From Saprolegnia diclina VS20 (taxonomy: Eukaryota): DNA of 63,772 nucleotides. Positions 1 through 11,326 of this stretch are shown here, piece after piece; within the stretch, counting starts at the first letter, position 1; each line of letters opens with the position of its first letter. Position numbers and translations under genes: made by a program. Below the pieces are notes generated by a model. It was not told where the DNA came from. It did no database searches and saw nothing but the letters and a program-made list of their open reading frames with translations. The stretch is from NCBI RefSeq assembly GCF_000281045.1, contig NW_008246127.1, positions 211,547 through 275,318 on the forward strand. Reading direction: 5' to 3'.

Positions 1-3000
1 ACCGTGACGATGCGCCACATCTTGATGTCACAAGCGTACACAACACCCCGCCAGCGCAGCGTGAGGATCCCGTTGAGCACGGCCGAGGCGCGGTCAAGGT
101 AGTAGACGCCGTTGTAGAGCCACCGGTCGGTCGTGTAGAGGTACTTGGCGCCTGCGTACAAGAGGAGCGAGTGGGTTGCACACGTCGGAGTTGCCGCGCG
201 GCGACAGCAAAACATTAGTCGCGTCACGAGGTAGCAGAGACAATTGCAGGTGAAGACCGTGCCGACAAGCGTGACCAGCCGCGTGGGGCGTCCGATTTGA
301 ATCGAAGCGCTTTCGCACACGAGCTGCCAGTCGATTTGCTCAATCGTGCACGTGGGAAGGAGCGAAGCCGAGTGTTGGACGGGGTGCTGGATGCTGAGGA
401 CGGCGGCGACGAGCCACACGATCGCCAAATTGAGCGTCGCGTAAGAGATCGTGTACGCTTGAGTCAACGCCATAGCCACGTCGTTGACGACAGCGACGAA
501 CCAAGTGACTTCGCTCGCGGCGAGGCAAGTGGTATACCATGGGTTTTGCAATGCAATAAAGCCAGAGATGCGCCCGTCAAAGGCCAAGTCCAGCGCACTT
601 GTCGAGAGGAGGCCCATCGCGGTCATACTGCGCAATAGCAAGAGCGGGCGGCCCACCCAGACCATGCCGCCGACCGAGTTGAGCGTGGCCATGTTCCAGC
701 CTTCGACGTGGCCACAGCTCAGAAGAATGTACCCCGCGGTGGTGGCGGCGAGCACCAAGAGACAGTACGTGACGTACGTTGTGCCGATCGAGGCGTACCG
801 CGCAGCGCTTTGGGGCAGTTGCCAGCTCAAGGTCGCCTGCGCCACCGGCTCAATGTACTCGGAGAGGAGCGTGAGGGTGCCATTGTCCCCTTGAAATCGA
901 ACTACTTGCCGATGCCCGATCGCCCAGTCAAAGAGCGAACACCAGCCGAAAAACGCGTACGAGGGGTCGTCCTCGCTCAAGAGATGCGCGTGTTCGAGCG
1001 TCAGCGTCGCTGATGGTGGTCTTCGTGCATAAGTGACCATGCCCACGCCGAGCTGCCACGTATCGTCGATTGCTCGACTGAGGTTCGGGAGCACCATAGG
1101 GGGTATGGCGTCCAATACCCGTACGGTTTGGGGGAGGTACTGCAAACAGGCTGCGCCATTGATCCTGTCGTGGTCGCAGATTTCTACGAGGGTCTTGTGC
1201 GGCGTTGTCACCGAGAGGTTGGCGAGCACGGCGGCTGCCAAGAGCATGTCTGCTGACGGGTACAGCTTGGACGTGATGTCCGTCGGGCACTCGCTCCCGT
1301 CCAGAGTGAACGCCATGAGTGTGCCGCCGTGGACTGGTTGGTTGGTCATCGATGGGTACGCGGGGCATAAGATTGAGGCACCAAACTGCATGAGCTTTGC
1401 GTCAAGCCAGGGCTGCGGTACTGCGTGCATTGCGTCGACAATCGTCATGTTGAAGTAGAGGTCTTGCACGAACTGCTGACGCCGGAGCGCGTCGCGTACA
1501 CTGACCGAGATGCTGCGAATGGTGTCGAGGAGGCTTCTCGGACACGCCACCAAGTGCATGTCAATGGTGCCAAAGGGCCCGAGGCGCTGCCGGACAAGGC
1601 TCAAGCCATTGTCAAGAGGCCACGCGAGGACGCCTTCTTGGATTAGCGTCGTCTCCAACGAAGTGTTGGTATACAGAAACGAAGCGCTCGATCGGAGTAA
1701 ACTCGTGCCGTTCGAGGACGTGGCGTTGACACCCATTGCATACAGAAGGTCGTTGGCAAAGCTCCAGTACATTTTGAGGGTCGTCGCCGAGTTGCGGCCG
1801 TACGTGCCGTTGATGGACTGGAGCGTATACGGGTAAGCGACGCCAAATGCATTTGTGATAACGTAGCTGTTGAGAAGCCCGATGCGCTTGTAGTTTTGCC
1901 ACTGGGTCTCAAAAAGTCGAATGCCGTGGGCGACCCAGTATGCAGCTTCGTGGGGCGCCGAGAGATTGCTGCGCGCCTCGAGCGTCGTCGCGAGCCAGCT
2001 GTGTCCGAGGATCGAGCTGCGCAGCGTGCGCCCGATCGTCAGCTCGAACGCCTCGCTCCAGCACATTGCCCAGCTCGTCAGCGGCACGTTTCGAAGCAGC
2101 GGCTCCAAGTAGACTGCGCCGTTGGTGCGCATTGTGTCGCAGCGCGCTTGCCGCGCGTCCGAGATCGCCATGGTCCAATGCCGTTGGAGATCGAGAAAGC
2201 AGTAGGGCACAAAGACCCACGGCGCTTCACAGCCGTCGAGCCCGCGGATGCCATGCACAATGGTGACGAGCGACGTGCGCATACGTTGCTGGGTCATGGC
2301 GCCTGCCACGGGCGACACTGGAAGGAACGCTGGGTCTCTGGTGAATTGCCCGTTCCAGTTGACATGCGGCGCGTCCAGAGCGAGGTTGGTATGCGTGTTT
2401 TGAAGTAGAAATTGATCATTGAGCCAGGTAGCCAAAAACGCATGGGACCCCGAGAGGTTAAAGCCGGCCCAGAGCATGTCGTTGGCCAACGTGACTTTGG
2501 AGACAGCGAGGTACGAGATGCTGCCAGCAATGGAGAAGCACATGTACAATAGCCCAAAAAGCATCGAGAGGCGGTCCAAGCCAACGCGCATCGGCGATAA
2601 AATCAAGTACGGCAACCCAGCGTTCGGGCGCTTGTCGAGCGCCGCCTTCTCAGTCGTCTCGTTCGACGACAATACCGTCCACAGTTTTAGATCAAACGTA
2701 TAGCGTTGGCCTCGACACCACAGCGGCACGAGACCACACATGACGCTCGACGCGTCGTCGACGCGCCACGTGTCCAAGTGCAATGTCGGAATTGGGTCCA
2801 GAAAGGCGGACGCGGCGCCGGATGCGATGACGTGGCACGACGAGAGCGCACGACGCGCCGAGGTGTATTTTTGGCGATGGAACGCGTAGGCCAAAGCTAG
2901 CGCCATCAGAACGGAGAGGACCTGGACGCCGTAGAGATGATACATTCGAGACGCATCGCCAATGGCAATGGTGCCCGACGTACACTCGATGGCGTAGTCC

Positions 3001-5243
3001 ATGTCATGGCTGCGACACGTGCGGTTTAAGGAGGCAGCGATCGCGACTGGCGCCGCGCTCTCGAGTGCAAACGTGGCTATGAACGCCAGTAGCGAGGCGA
3101 CGGGCGCGTATATAGAGGCCAGGACCGGGACCAACAAGAGACAAATGTCGTTGAGCATCGTAGCGACCCACGCCGCCTCAGTGCAGAGTACAAGGCGGGT
3201 AAAAAGCGGGCGCGGCACCAAGACGAGGTGTGAGGACGTTGTACTGTTCGCGAGCAGCTCCATGGGCGACGTGCTGAGTACGAGAATGGCCGTTGATCCG
3301 CGGGCAAAGAGTAATGGTCGGCCCACCCAACTCGCGCCGGCGACCGCGTTGAAATAGGCGAGGTTCCGCCCTACGATATCAAATTGCATCGTTGCGCCGT
3401 AGAGAAACGTGAGCAGCCCGACGCTAGCGAGTGCGATGCTGACGTAGGCCGAGAGGTAAAGCGCCAGTTGTGTCGTCGCCTCAAGGTACTGTCCGTCGCC
3501 GCTTGTGGCCATGACGCGGGGGATGTACCGGTTGGAGATGAGCTGCAAGGTCCTTATATCGCCTTGAAACGAGACGACTTCGCGGCGACCAATGACCCAG
3601 TCGTATATGCACAGCCAGCCATAGACCGACCATGGTGTGTCATCTAGAAGCCGTTGCTCTAGCAACGTCCACTCGGGGGGGTTCGTAAACTGAATGAGGC
3701 GCAGGTCGAGCGCTTTGACGGCCGCGATCACGTCTGGTATGGTGCGGACGAGGGCTTGGGGCAGTGGCGACAGCGCAATTACGCTCGCCGACGACTTGTT
3801 GAGCGCAGACAAGCAAGCGCTCGATGACTGGAGGCGACAGATACCCGGCGCATCCGAGCCCAACGGCACACCATAGAGCAGCTGTGCAAACACGAGCATC
3901 GGAGCATCGTACGCGACACGAAAGACCGTTGGAACGAGACACGGATCGTCAAAGTCAAAGGGCGCCTGGACGTAGCTTGTCTCTGTGTTGTGGAGGCAGA
4001 GGAGGCTGCCCCCATACAAGCGCGATTGGTTGCGCCACGCGGGGGGGCGGGGGGTAAACGCCCCGGCGGTCGCCAAGGACAGAACACCGGGTGGCTGCTG
4101 CGCCAGATGCGTATCCAGTGCATTAAAAAACGCAAGCAGCGGTGCCGGCACAGGTATATAGAAAGTATCAAACGACAAGAACGGTCCGAGGGTCGCATGC
4201 ACGACGCCGGCACGACCGTCGTAGGTGCCATTTGCAGACGCCAGTGCGGCGTGCGATTCAAACGCAAAGTACTTGGGGTCGTAAAAGTTGGTGGCGCCGC
4301 GGATCGCACTCGCCCCGACTTGCTGCAGGACATAGACGTCGTCCAGCGGTATCCACATGTAGATCCAGGACGACCACGGTCCGTTCTCACGCGGCCAGTG
4401 TTTGGGTGTGACGGTATGTTCCGTCCCGAGCGCACTTCGGACGTTGATGGTCTCAGCGATACTCGCCTGCCACCGGTTTTGCCACGCGAGCTCAAAGGAC
4501 GTGAGGTTATACGACGCCCAGAACGCAACTTCGTCCGTCATCGAGAGCGTGTTGGTCGATGTTGTCGTGAGCCAGTGGCGACCTGCGGCCGACAACTGCA
4601 GCGTTGCCTCGAGTGTTACAGTGAAATAGCCCGTGGCGCCCCCCCAGACGCTCAGAAAAGCGTCCCAGCGGACGTTGCGCAGAATGGATTCGTAGTACAC
4701 GGCCCCGTTCGAGGCATACAAACGGCGACAGCGCGCCTGACGCGCTAACGTGTGCGCGACTTCGAACGTTTGGTTGAAATCAACATAGCAAAACTGCGTG
4801 CTCATGCGGAAGACCCACTCGGGCCGCATGCTCCGCAGGTTGGCAATTGCGTGGGGTACCGACGTGAGCTCCGAGTAGATGAGGCGCCGAACGTACGTGG
4901 GCGCGATCGACGTGAACGAGACGGGCGCGATATAGCTCTTGCGCTGCATCGCGCGCGGTGCCAAGAGATCCCAGTAGCCCGAGCGCATCGTCAGGAGCGC
5001 GGTGTTGGCAGCGTCCACGAGGTACGCTTCGTGTCCGCTGAGGTTGTACGCCGCCCAGTACATATCGTTGGTTAAATACGGCGTTAGCAGCGAGAGGTAA
5101 TAGACGCCACTCGCTATCGAGAGCGCGATGAAGACGTAGCCAACAAGAGGCTCGGACCACCGGAACCGCTGAGCCAAGGCCGGAGAAGTGTGCAGAGGCA
5201 GTGGCCCCGCTGCCGGTCGGACAGCACTGTTGAACGACGGCAT
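1..5243 (-). CDS. Large multi-pass transmembrane protein of the expanded Saprolegniales family, with an internal two-fold repeat; 3'-truncated by the window edge
   Basis: ATG at 5243-5241 reads MPSFNSAVRP...LVGYVFIALSIASGVYYLSLLTPYLTNDMYWAAYNLSGHEAYLVD. The same frame reads DRWLYNGVYYLDRASAVLNGILTLRWRGVVYACDIKMWRIVT at the left edge. The track lists no ORF in this frame over 5 kb, consistent with one ORF whose stop lies outside the window. Not every codon was checked. Confidence 0.85.
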   Translation of the reverse strand, partial: MPSFNSAVRPAAGPLPLHTSPALAQRFRWSEPLVGYVFIALSIASGVYYLSLLTPYLTNDMYWAAYNLSGHEAYLVDAANTALLTMRSGYWDLLAPRAMQRKSYIAPVSFTSIAPTYVRRLIYSELTSVPHAIANLRSMRPEWVFRMSTQFCYVDFNQTFEVAHTLARQARCRRLYASNGAVYYESILRNVRWDAFLSVWGGATGYFTVTLEATLQLSAAGRHWLTTTSTNTLSMTDEVAFWASYNLTSFELAWQNRWQASIAETINVRSALGTEHTVTPKHWPRENGPWSSWIYMWIPLDDVYVLQQVGASAIRGATNFYDPKYFAFESHAALASANGTYDGRAGVVHATLGPFLSFDTFYIPVPAPLLAFFNALDTHLAQQPPGVLSLATAGAFTPRPPAWRNQSRLYGGSLLCLHNTETSYVQAPFDFDDPCLVPTVFRVAYDAPMLVFAQLLYGVPLGSDAPGICRLQSSSACLSALNKSSASVIALSPLPQALVRTIPDVIAAVKALDLRLIQFTNPPEWTLLEQRLLDDTPWSVYGWLCIYDWVIGRREVVSFQGDIRTLQLISNRYIPRVMATSGDGQYLEATTQLALYLSAYVSIALASVGLLTFLYGATMQFDIVGRNLAYFNAVAGASWVGRPLLFARGSTAILVLSTSPMELLANSTTSSHLVLVPRPLFTRLVLCTEAAWVATMLNDICLLLVPVLASIYAPVASLLAFIATFALESAAPVAIAASLNRTCRSHDMDYAIECTSGTIAIGDASRMYHLYGVQVLSVLMALALAYAFHRQKYTSARRALSSCHVIASGAASAFLDPIPTLHLDTWRVDDASSVMCGLVPLWCRGQRYTFDLKLWTVLSSNETTEKAALDKRPNAGLPYLILSPMRVGLDRLSMLFGLLYMCFSIAGSISYLAVSKVTLANDMLWAGFNLSGSHAFLATWLNDQFLLQNTHTNLALDAPHVNWNGQFTRDPAFLPVSPVAGAMTQQRMRTSLVTIVHGIRGLDGCEAPWVFVPYCFLDLQRHWTMAISDARQARCDTMRTNGAVYLEPLLRNVPLTSWAMCWSEAFELTIGRTLRSSILGHSWLATTLEARSNLSAPHEAAYWVAHGIRLFETQWQNYKRIGLLNSYVITNAFGVAYPYTLQSINGTYGRNSATTLKMYWSFANDLLYAMGVNATSSNGTSLLRSSASFLYTNTSLETTLIQEGVLAWPLDNGLSLVRQRLGPFGTIDMHLVACPRSLLDTIRSISVSVRDALRRQQFVQDLYFNMTIVDAMHAVPQPWLDAKLMQFGASILCPAYPSMTNQPVHGGTLMAFTLDGSECPTDITSKLYPSADMLLAAAVLANLSVTTPHKTLVEICDHDRINGAACLQYLPQTVRVLDAIPPMVLPNLSRAIDDTWQLGVGMVTYARRPPSATLTLEHAHLLSEDDPSYAFFGWCSLFDWAIGHRQVVRFQGDNGTLTLLSEYIEPVAQATLSWQLPQSAARYASIGTTYVTYCLLVLAATTAGYILLSCGHVEGWNMATLNSVGGMVWVGRPLLLLRSMTAMGLLSTSALDLAFDGRISGFIALQNPWYTTCLAASEVTWFVAVVNDVAMALTQAYTISYATLNLAIVWLVAAVLSIQHPVQHSASLLPTCTIEQIDWQLVCESASIQIGRPTRLVTLVGTVFTCNCLCYLVTRLMFCCRRAATPTCATHSLLLYAGAKYLYTTDRWLYNGVYYLDRASAVLNGILTLRWRGVVYACDIKMWRIVT

Positions 5244-5932
5244 GATACACCTCGCAAAACAGGCAGCAAATCGGTAACCGCTGCCAGATTGCACTTTCTG
5301 ACGTGAACCGATGGCAGAAATAGTAGGAAACGCCTTTGCTACGTGACACGCATCGGCACACTGTTCTACATGACGTGGAATGCCGTGTATACGTCAGTGC
5401 TTACGTGTGCCATCGAGACTCCGAGTTCACGCTGCACCAAGTACCAGCCTCGAAGTAGCAAATGAGAGGTGTCCTCAAATGAGAGCGAGGTAGTTGTCAT
5501 GAAGCTCCTGGATCCATGCTCCAGGATTACTCTACGTTGTTAAGGACACTGCGATGTCGCTCGTCATTCCGTGCAAGAAGGCATGCACCGCCGTCCGTCA
5601 GCTTTTTCCGAGCTGTCGCTGGCCGTGGTACGACCGAGGCTTCACTGGAGATCCAGCGTGCAAGCGTTGAAGGGCCAACGCTAGACGCACGCAACTTTCG
5701 TCTCTCCCGCGCGCGTTCGCCGCGGCCATGCAAATCTACATCAGGGCTCCTCGTCTGTCGCGACTGTACGCACTGATGTGGCCGCAACGCGCCGCCAACT
5801 GCATAGGCATGGCCAACGCCAGCGCCCGCCGTGCAAAAAGAGCCACACTCTGCCATCGACCATCACTATCGTTGGGTGTGGTTAGTCATCACCATCGGCC
5901 AGTCCATTCTTTGCCCTTTCTTGACGACGACG

Positions 5933-7259
5933 ATGGACCCTGCGCAGCTTGAGCGGCTCCTCCACGACGACGTCGACGACGCGTCGCTCGAGATGCTCCG
6001 CAACATGATGCTCATGACCGTGCCGACGACGCCCGCGCCGGCGATGACGGGCTCGAGCGACAGCAGCTCGCCGTCGCCCGCAGCCAAGGCCAAGGCCAAG
6101 CCCAAGCGCACGCGGAAGCGCGAGTCGCACGAGCTCGCCTACCTGCGCGACAAGGTCGTCGACTACACGTCCCAGCTCGAGGCGCTGCAGCGACGAAAGG
6201 ACCGCGCGGCCGAGGAGGCGTCGCCGTGGGAAACCGTGTCGCGGCGCCAAGCGTCCGAGCGTTATGTTGTCGAGCAGGAGAATGCGAAGCTCAAGCAAGC
6301 GCTCGAGCACCAGCGCGACATTGCGCAGACGCTCCTTGAGATCGTGACCAAGCGGCCACGCCTCATGGAGATGCCGCACGTCGCCGACACCAAGATCCAC
6401 CGGCTCGTCGTCGAACCTGCGGGCGAACGGCGGGCGACCGCCAATGCCATTGTGCAAGCCGACTATGCACGACTTGAAAGCATCTTCCTCACGCGCAAGC
6501 TCCATGAGACGACCGAGATGGTCCAGAACACGTCGATTGCGTACGACGAGACGGTGGGCACGATACGCATGGACTGCACGATGTGCGAGACGCACAATGT
6601 GGGCTACGAGCGCTGTGGCGAGGCCATCTGGCAGCTCTACAATAATCTAGTGCCGATTGAAGTCAAGGACACGTACTTTACGGTAGCCACCTTGATCGAC
6701 CAGCACCACATCTAACCCACTCACTTTCTAGATGCTGGAAGACTGGGATGCTGACACGTCGTATGGGCGTCTGGTCATGACGACCCGGGGCACCGAAGTC
6801 CAGTGCTTGATTGTCCAAAAGCGCTTTATCGAGTCGAATCGCATCGTGATTTGCTCGAGCACGATCGCCGAAGACGAGAAATACCCGTACCACAACGACG
6901 CCTACATCCTGCACGAAAGCACATGGTAAGTGTTGCGATTGGCATTGAGATTCAGGTTGAGATTGAGATCAACGTTTAGGCTCGCAATTGAAAAGATGGA
7001 CGAGAATACGGCCCGCGTGAAATTTTGCAGTCGGGGCGCCGTGCCCTGCGCCGAGAAGGCGCGGCACCCGACGCTGTTTGAGTCGACCAAGGCAACGTCC
7101 ACCGACAAGCAGCTCCTCCCGCACTACGTGGCGCTCGCCGAGTTTATGCTGTCGTGCTACCAAGCCCACTTTGATGCGATCAAGCAAGCCCTCGAGACCA
7201 TGCTCCAGCCGTACATCGACGCGAATAATCGCCCAAAAGACAGCGTTTTCGAAATTTAA
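5933..7259 (+). CDS. M96 mating-specific-like protein (basic/coiled-coil N-terminus plus putative START-like region), 3 exons
   Basis: Basic segment KPKRTRKRESHELAYLRDKV, then coiled coil and SPWETVSRRQ...ENAKLK. Introns 6683-6731 and 6926-6979 (GT-AG) join ORFs 5831, 6732 and 6930 in frame. Stop TAA at 7257-7259. Confidence 0.65.
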
Positions 7260-8029
7260 AAACACGCAAAAAGATACTTTTTCAAGTTGAAGTCGCCTCG
7301 TTTTGGCGCGAAGATGCCCAAACGCAGGGATTTTGTGCACAAGCGACCGTAGGTGAGCAAGAATCCTCACGAGGTGTGTTGGGGAGCCCGATCCTAGCGA
7401 CGTGGCCCTTCGCAAGCTCGATAGTACTGTTACTGCGTACTCGTAGTGCCTTTTCCCAGGCTCATCTAGCAGCGAGGAAGCAGGCATTGGCTCTGAAATC
7501 TGCGTCTCGTTGGCGTTGGACGTGTAAAGTCCGCAATGGATGCCTTTGTGGTATCGTAGATGCGAGAGGCAGCCAGGCGCGGACGCACCCATCATGTGTG
7601 CGTCTAAAATCACGCCGCTCTAGGATGCGTGGCAAGCCTCACTCCTTGGCAACAGCTCTTGGCAATGCATTCCGACGCACTCGTCGACTCGGTACTACTG
7701 GCAACACTCGTGATGGCTGCCGCCGCACGTGTTCGGCCCTAGTATCGCGCCATGCAAATCCGTCTACACAACCCGACGGTATAAATATATTCTCCATCAT
7801 GGTCCCTTGCAGAAAGGAGCCTGGGAAGGATACCTCAGGGACTCGGTGGCTATGACGGCAGACTTGTAGCTTGGGTGTATTGACTCGAAGCTCGACACTC
7901 GACACCTTGGACAGGCCGTGTCTGTCTCTGTTCGTGTTGGGTGATTCTAGCCGTCGAGCGGGTTGACGGTATCCGGACAGCATGGTTTCGAAGCTCAAAG
8001 TCCACGTCATACCGTCAAAGGTGGAGTCG

Positions 8030-10240
8030 ATGAGGACGATGCTTCTGCTCGCTACGCTGGCGTCTACGACGTGGGCGCTCAAGATGGAGCTGCACCGCCA
8101 CGACGACATGCTGCCCGTCAAGCGCGACCGGGACTCGCTGCGTCAGCTTCGCCGTCTCGACGATGGCACGTACCAAGGCGTGCCTCTCAACCTGGGCATG
8201 GGGTAGGTGACTCAGCCATGGCCCGCACGTGCTTAGCGCCTGATGTAGGACGCACTACGCCTGGATCTATGCTGGCAATCCGCCGCAGCGCGCCTCCGTC
8301 ATCATCGACACGGGCAGCCACATCACGGCCTTCCCTTGCAGCGGGTACGACGCCTCCATGTTTGCTGTAGCAATGGATCCATGACGCATCGGCCATAGGT
8401 GCCACGGGTGCGGACAACACACGGACACGCCGTTCGACATTGCCAAGTCGTCGACGCTGCAGTACCCGCAGTGCACGGCGCGGCCACCGTTCAGCTGCTC
8501 GGCGTGCTCTCGGGAAAACCAATGCCACATCTCGCAGGTACACGATCCTCATCGCGCCGCACCGTCGCATCGTCCGCTGTATCTAGTCGTACACGGAGGG
8601 CAGTAGCTGGGACGCTGTCATCGTCGAAGACCACGTCTGGCTCGGTGACACGGCGCCGACGCACAACGACGCGCTCAACACGTCGTTTGGCACACGCTTC
8701 ATGTTTGGATGCCAGAAGAAGGTCACGGGTACGCTCTTCTACCTCGGCTTCCGCCATGCAACGGCTATCTCGGTAGGGCTGTTTGTCAACCAGGTGGCCG
8801 ATGGCATCATGGGCGTCTCGGACACAGGTGCGATGGGGATGCGCTTCAAGAGGACTCATGAATCGACCATTCTAGCCAGCACCAACATTGTCCGGAAGCT
8901 CTACCAAGAAAAGAAGATCCCAGCCAACGTCTTTTCGCTCTGCTTGACACCGAATGGCGGCACGATGGCGCTAGGGAGCGTCGAGACGGCGCACCAGCGC
9001 GAGCCGCTGCAGTACGCCATGGTGTCGACGGCCAACAACGGGTGCGCTTTGTGCACGCAACTTTGCATATGAAGTCGTGCGTTCGTAGGTGGTATGCAGT
9101 CCACGTCGAGTCGCTTCGCCTCGGCAACAAGCCCCTCGACGTTGACATTTCGTCCATGAACTCGGGCCGCCACCGGGTCATTGTCGACAGTGGCACGACC
9201 GACTCGTATTTCCCAACCAATTACGCATCGATATGGAATGCAGCCTTTGAAGCTGCGACCGGACAAGCGTACATGACAGACGACGGCAGCTGCAAGGGGT
9301 ATGCTGCCGACGACGTCGCGTCGTTCCCGCCGTTTGAAATTTCACTGCGCGGTTAGTGCGTCATCCAACTTGATAAATTGAAACTTTTTATGGTAGGGAT
9401 CGATGGCACCAGCTCGGCCATCTTGCGCATTCCGGCGTCGCAGTACATAGTCGCCAACAACCAAGGCCAGCTCTGCAGCACCATCTTCTTCACGGAAGCC
9501 AACGGCGGCGGTACCCTCTTTTTTTCCAGCGCGCAAAGGATCTCATCCTATGTCTCTTAGTCATTGGCGCCAACATGATGATTGGCCACGAGTTTGTGTT
9601 CGACTTGGACGCACAGCGCGTCGGCTTTGCGCCGGCCAATTGCGGTCCGTCTTTGAATGCTTGTGGGGAGATATGATATACGTATGCACTAGACTATCGC
9701 GGGCTGGAGCTCGAAACCAAGTTTGACGTGACGACGAATGCCACGGCTCTGCCCGTACTGCCACACCCCACCAACTCGTCAATGAATGCGACGCTGGATG
9801 TGTTGGTGCCCACCAAGCCACCGGTGGCGCCGCAGCTCAAGGGCGCGTCGACGCACGCAGCGTCAGCGCCGTTTGCGATCGACTTTTCAAGCACGTTGTT
9901 TGTCTTTGTCGGTGTCGCGTGCGCGGTCATCGTGCTCGGCATTGCGTACCGGCTCGTCTACCGCAAGCGGTCGCGCGCCGACCAATCGTGGACGAGCGTC
10001 CCGACGCTGCAGGACGAGGCCGAGGAAGAGGAGCATCATGGCGTGCTCCCCGACGAGGCCGATGCCGACGCGCCCAAGCGCAACAGCTTGAGCGATGACG
10101 ACGACGACGAGTTTTTCGATTCCGAAGGCTACGTCATGTCGCCCCGCAGCCTCCGGTATAGTCCAACACGAGCACCACGAGCCTCATTCCATTTTGTCCA
10201 GGAAATGCAAGGAGGCGTTCGAGCCGTGAAAACATCATAG
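8030..10240 (+). CDS. A1 aspartyl protease, plasmepsin V-like, with signal peptide and C-terminal TM; multi-exon
   Basis: Signal peptide MRTMLLLATLASTTWA; GTHYAWIYAGNPPQRASVIIDTGSHITAFPC; CHGCGQHTDTPFD; VIVDSGTTDSYFP; IGANMMIGHEFVFDLDAQRVGFAPANC; TM TLFVFVGVACAVIVLGIAY; acidic tail. Many short introns. Confidence 0.9.
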
Positions 10241-10293
10241 TGTACATCGATTGACTAAATCTAATGTCGTAGCGTACTAACTAGTGGAAGGCC

Positions 10294-11326
10294 CTAATAC
10301 CGCCGTGCAAGGTGCACGACGGTGGACGGGCCACCGCGAGGGGTCATGTCGTCTTGCTGCATGTCGCTAATGATCGTATCGAGAAAGTCCCGGTCGCTAA
10401 AGAGGCTGTCAGTCGCAAGCATCTGGAACGGCGCAGGCCGATAGCCGTACGACGCTGGCAGCTCCAACGCGGGCTTCCACGGTTCGGCCATGTAGCGTGG
10501 CGGCGGCTCCATATAAGTCGGCGGATGGTGCGGTCGTCGGTGCATCAGCATCGGGTTCAAGTACGCTTCGTCCTTCATGGACATGGGCGGTGCATACGTC
10601 GGCGACGCCTTGAGCGCCTCGTTGTTGCTTGGCCGGACAATTTCGGGTGTCGGTGGTCGCTTGGGCTTGGTCTTCTTTGCGGCCGCGTCCGGGTTGAGCG
10701 CCTTGAGCTGCTTGGCGCCGGTCCGCGTCGACTCGATGCGGAAGCTCAGCGATGAGAGCACGTCGACAACAACGAGATGGCCCATCGAGTGCGGCGCGAG
10801 GAGGAAGACCTTCATCTGATGCTGGACGTTGCTCTTGACAAAGCGAGAGCTGACCCAGCCATAGTGCCACGAGTTGCGCTTCGAGTTGATCTCAAAGATC
10901 TGGCGACCGGGAATGTACCCATCAAACGACGGGTTGTCTATCCGCTTGGCCTGGATCCACGTGTCGCCTATCAGTGGCGGCGACGGCGGCGCTTCAAACG
11001 TCGCTTGCGGCACCACGTCGCCGACGAGAAGTGACTGCGACGCTTCGAGATCAAACTTGGCATAGACAACGAGGTCGGCCTGCGTGCTGGCTGTCTCGAC
11101 GAGCAGCGTGCTGCCGCAGTAGCCATGGGCGTTGTGTGTCTTGCAGCAGTGCGGGAAGCAGCGCAGGTTCTTGTGCCCCGAGCTCTTGTTGTTCCTAGAG
11201 CGTAAGTTTGCATGAGCTTCCGCGCATGCATGTAGCCTCAGCATACCGCTTGTACGACGTCTGGAAGAGCGGCTCGTTGCATTCGAGGTGGATGAAGCGG
11301 CTTTGCTTCGTCGCCGACGTGTACAT
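10294..11326 (-). CDS. Hypothetical protein with Cys/His motif KNLRCFPHCC..H...GYCG, possibly a DNA-binding regulator
   Basis: ATG at 11326. Intron 11195-11246 gives MYTSATKQSRFIHLECNEPLFQTSYKRNNKSSGHKNLRCFPHCC. Then WHYGWVSSRF, basic KKTKPKRP and a Pro/Tyr/Met-rich C-terminus. Confidence 0.7.

Noticed and set aside
94..5361. Many short ORFs suggesting a fragmented or pseudogenic region
   Set aside because: All are off-frame or antisense to one long minus-strand ORF that exits the window.
5371..5378. Isolated TGACGTGG in the divergent promoter
   Set aside because: It lacks the ATTGG partner at the 11-nt spacing; a lone octamer can occur by chance.
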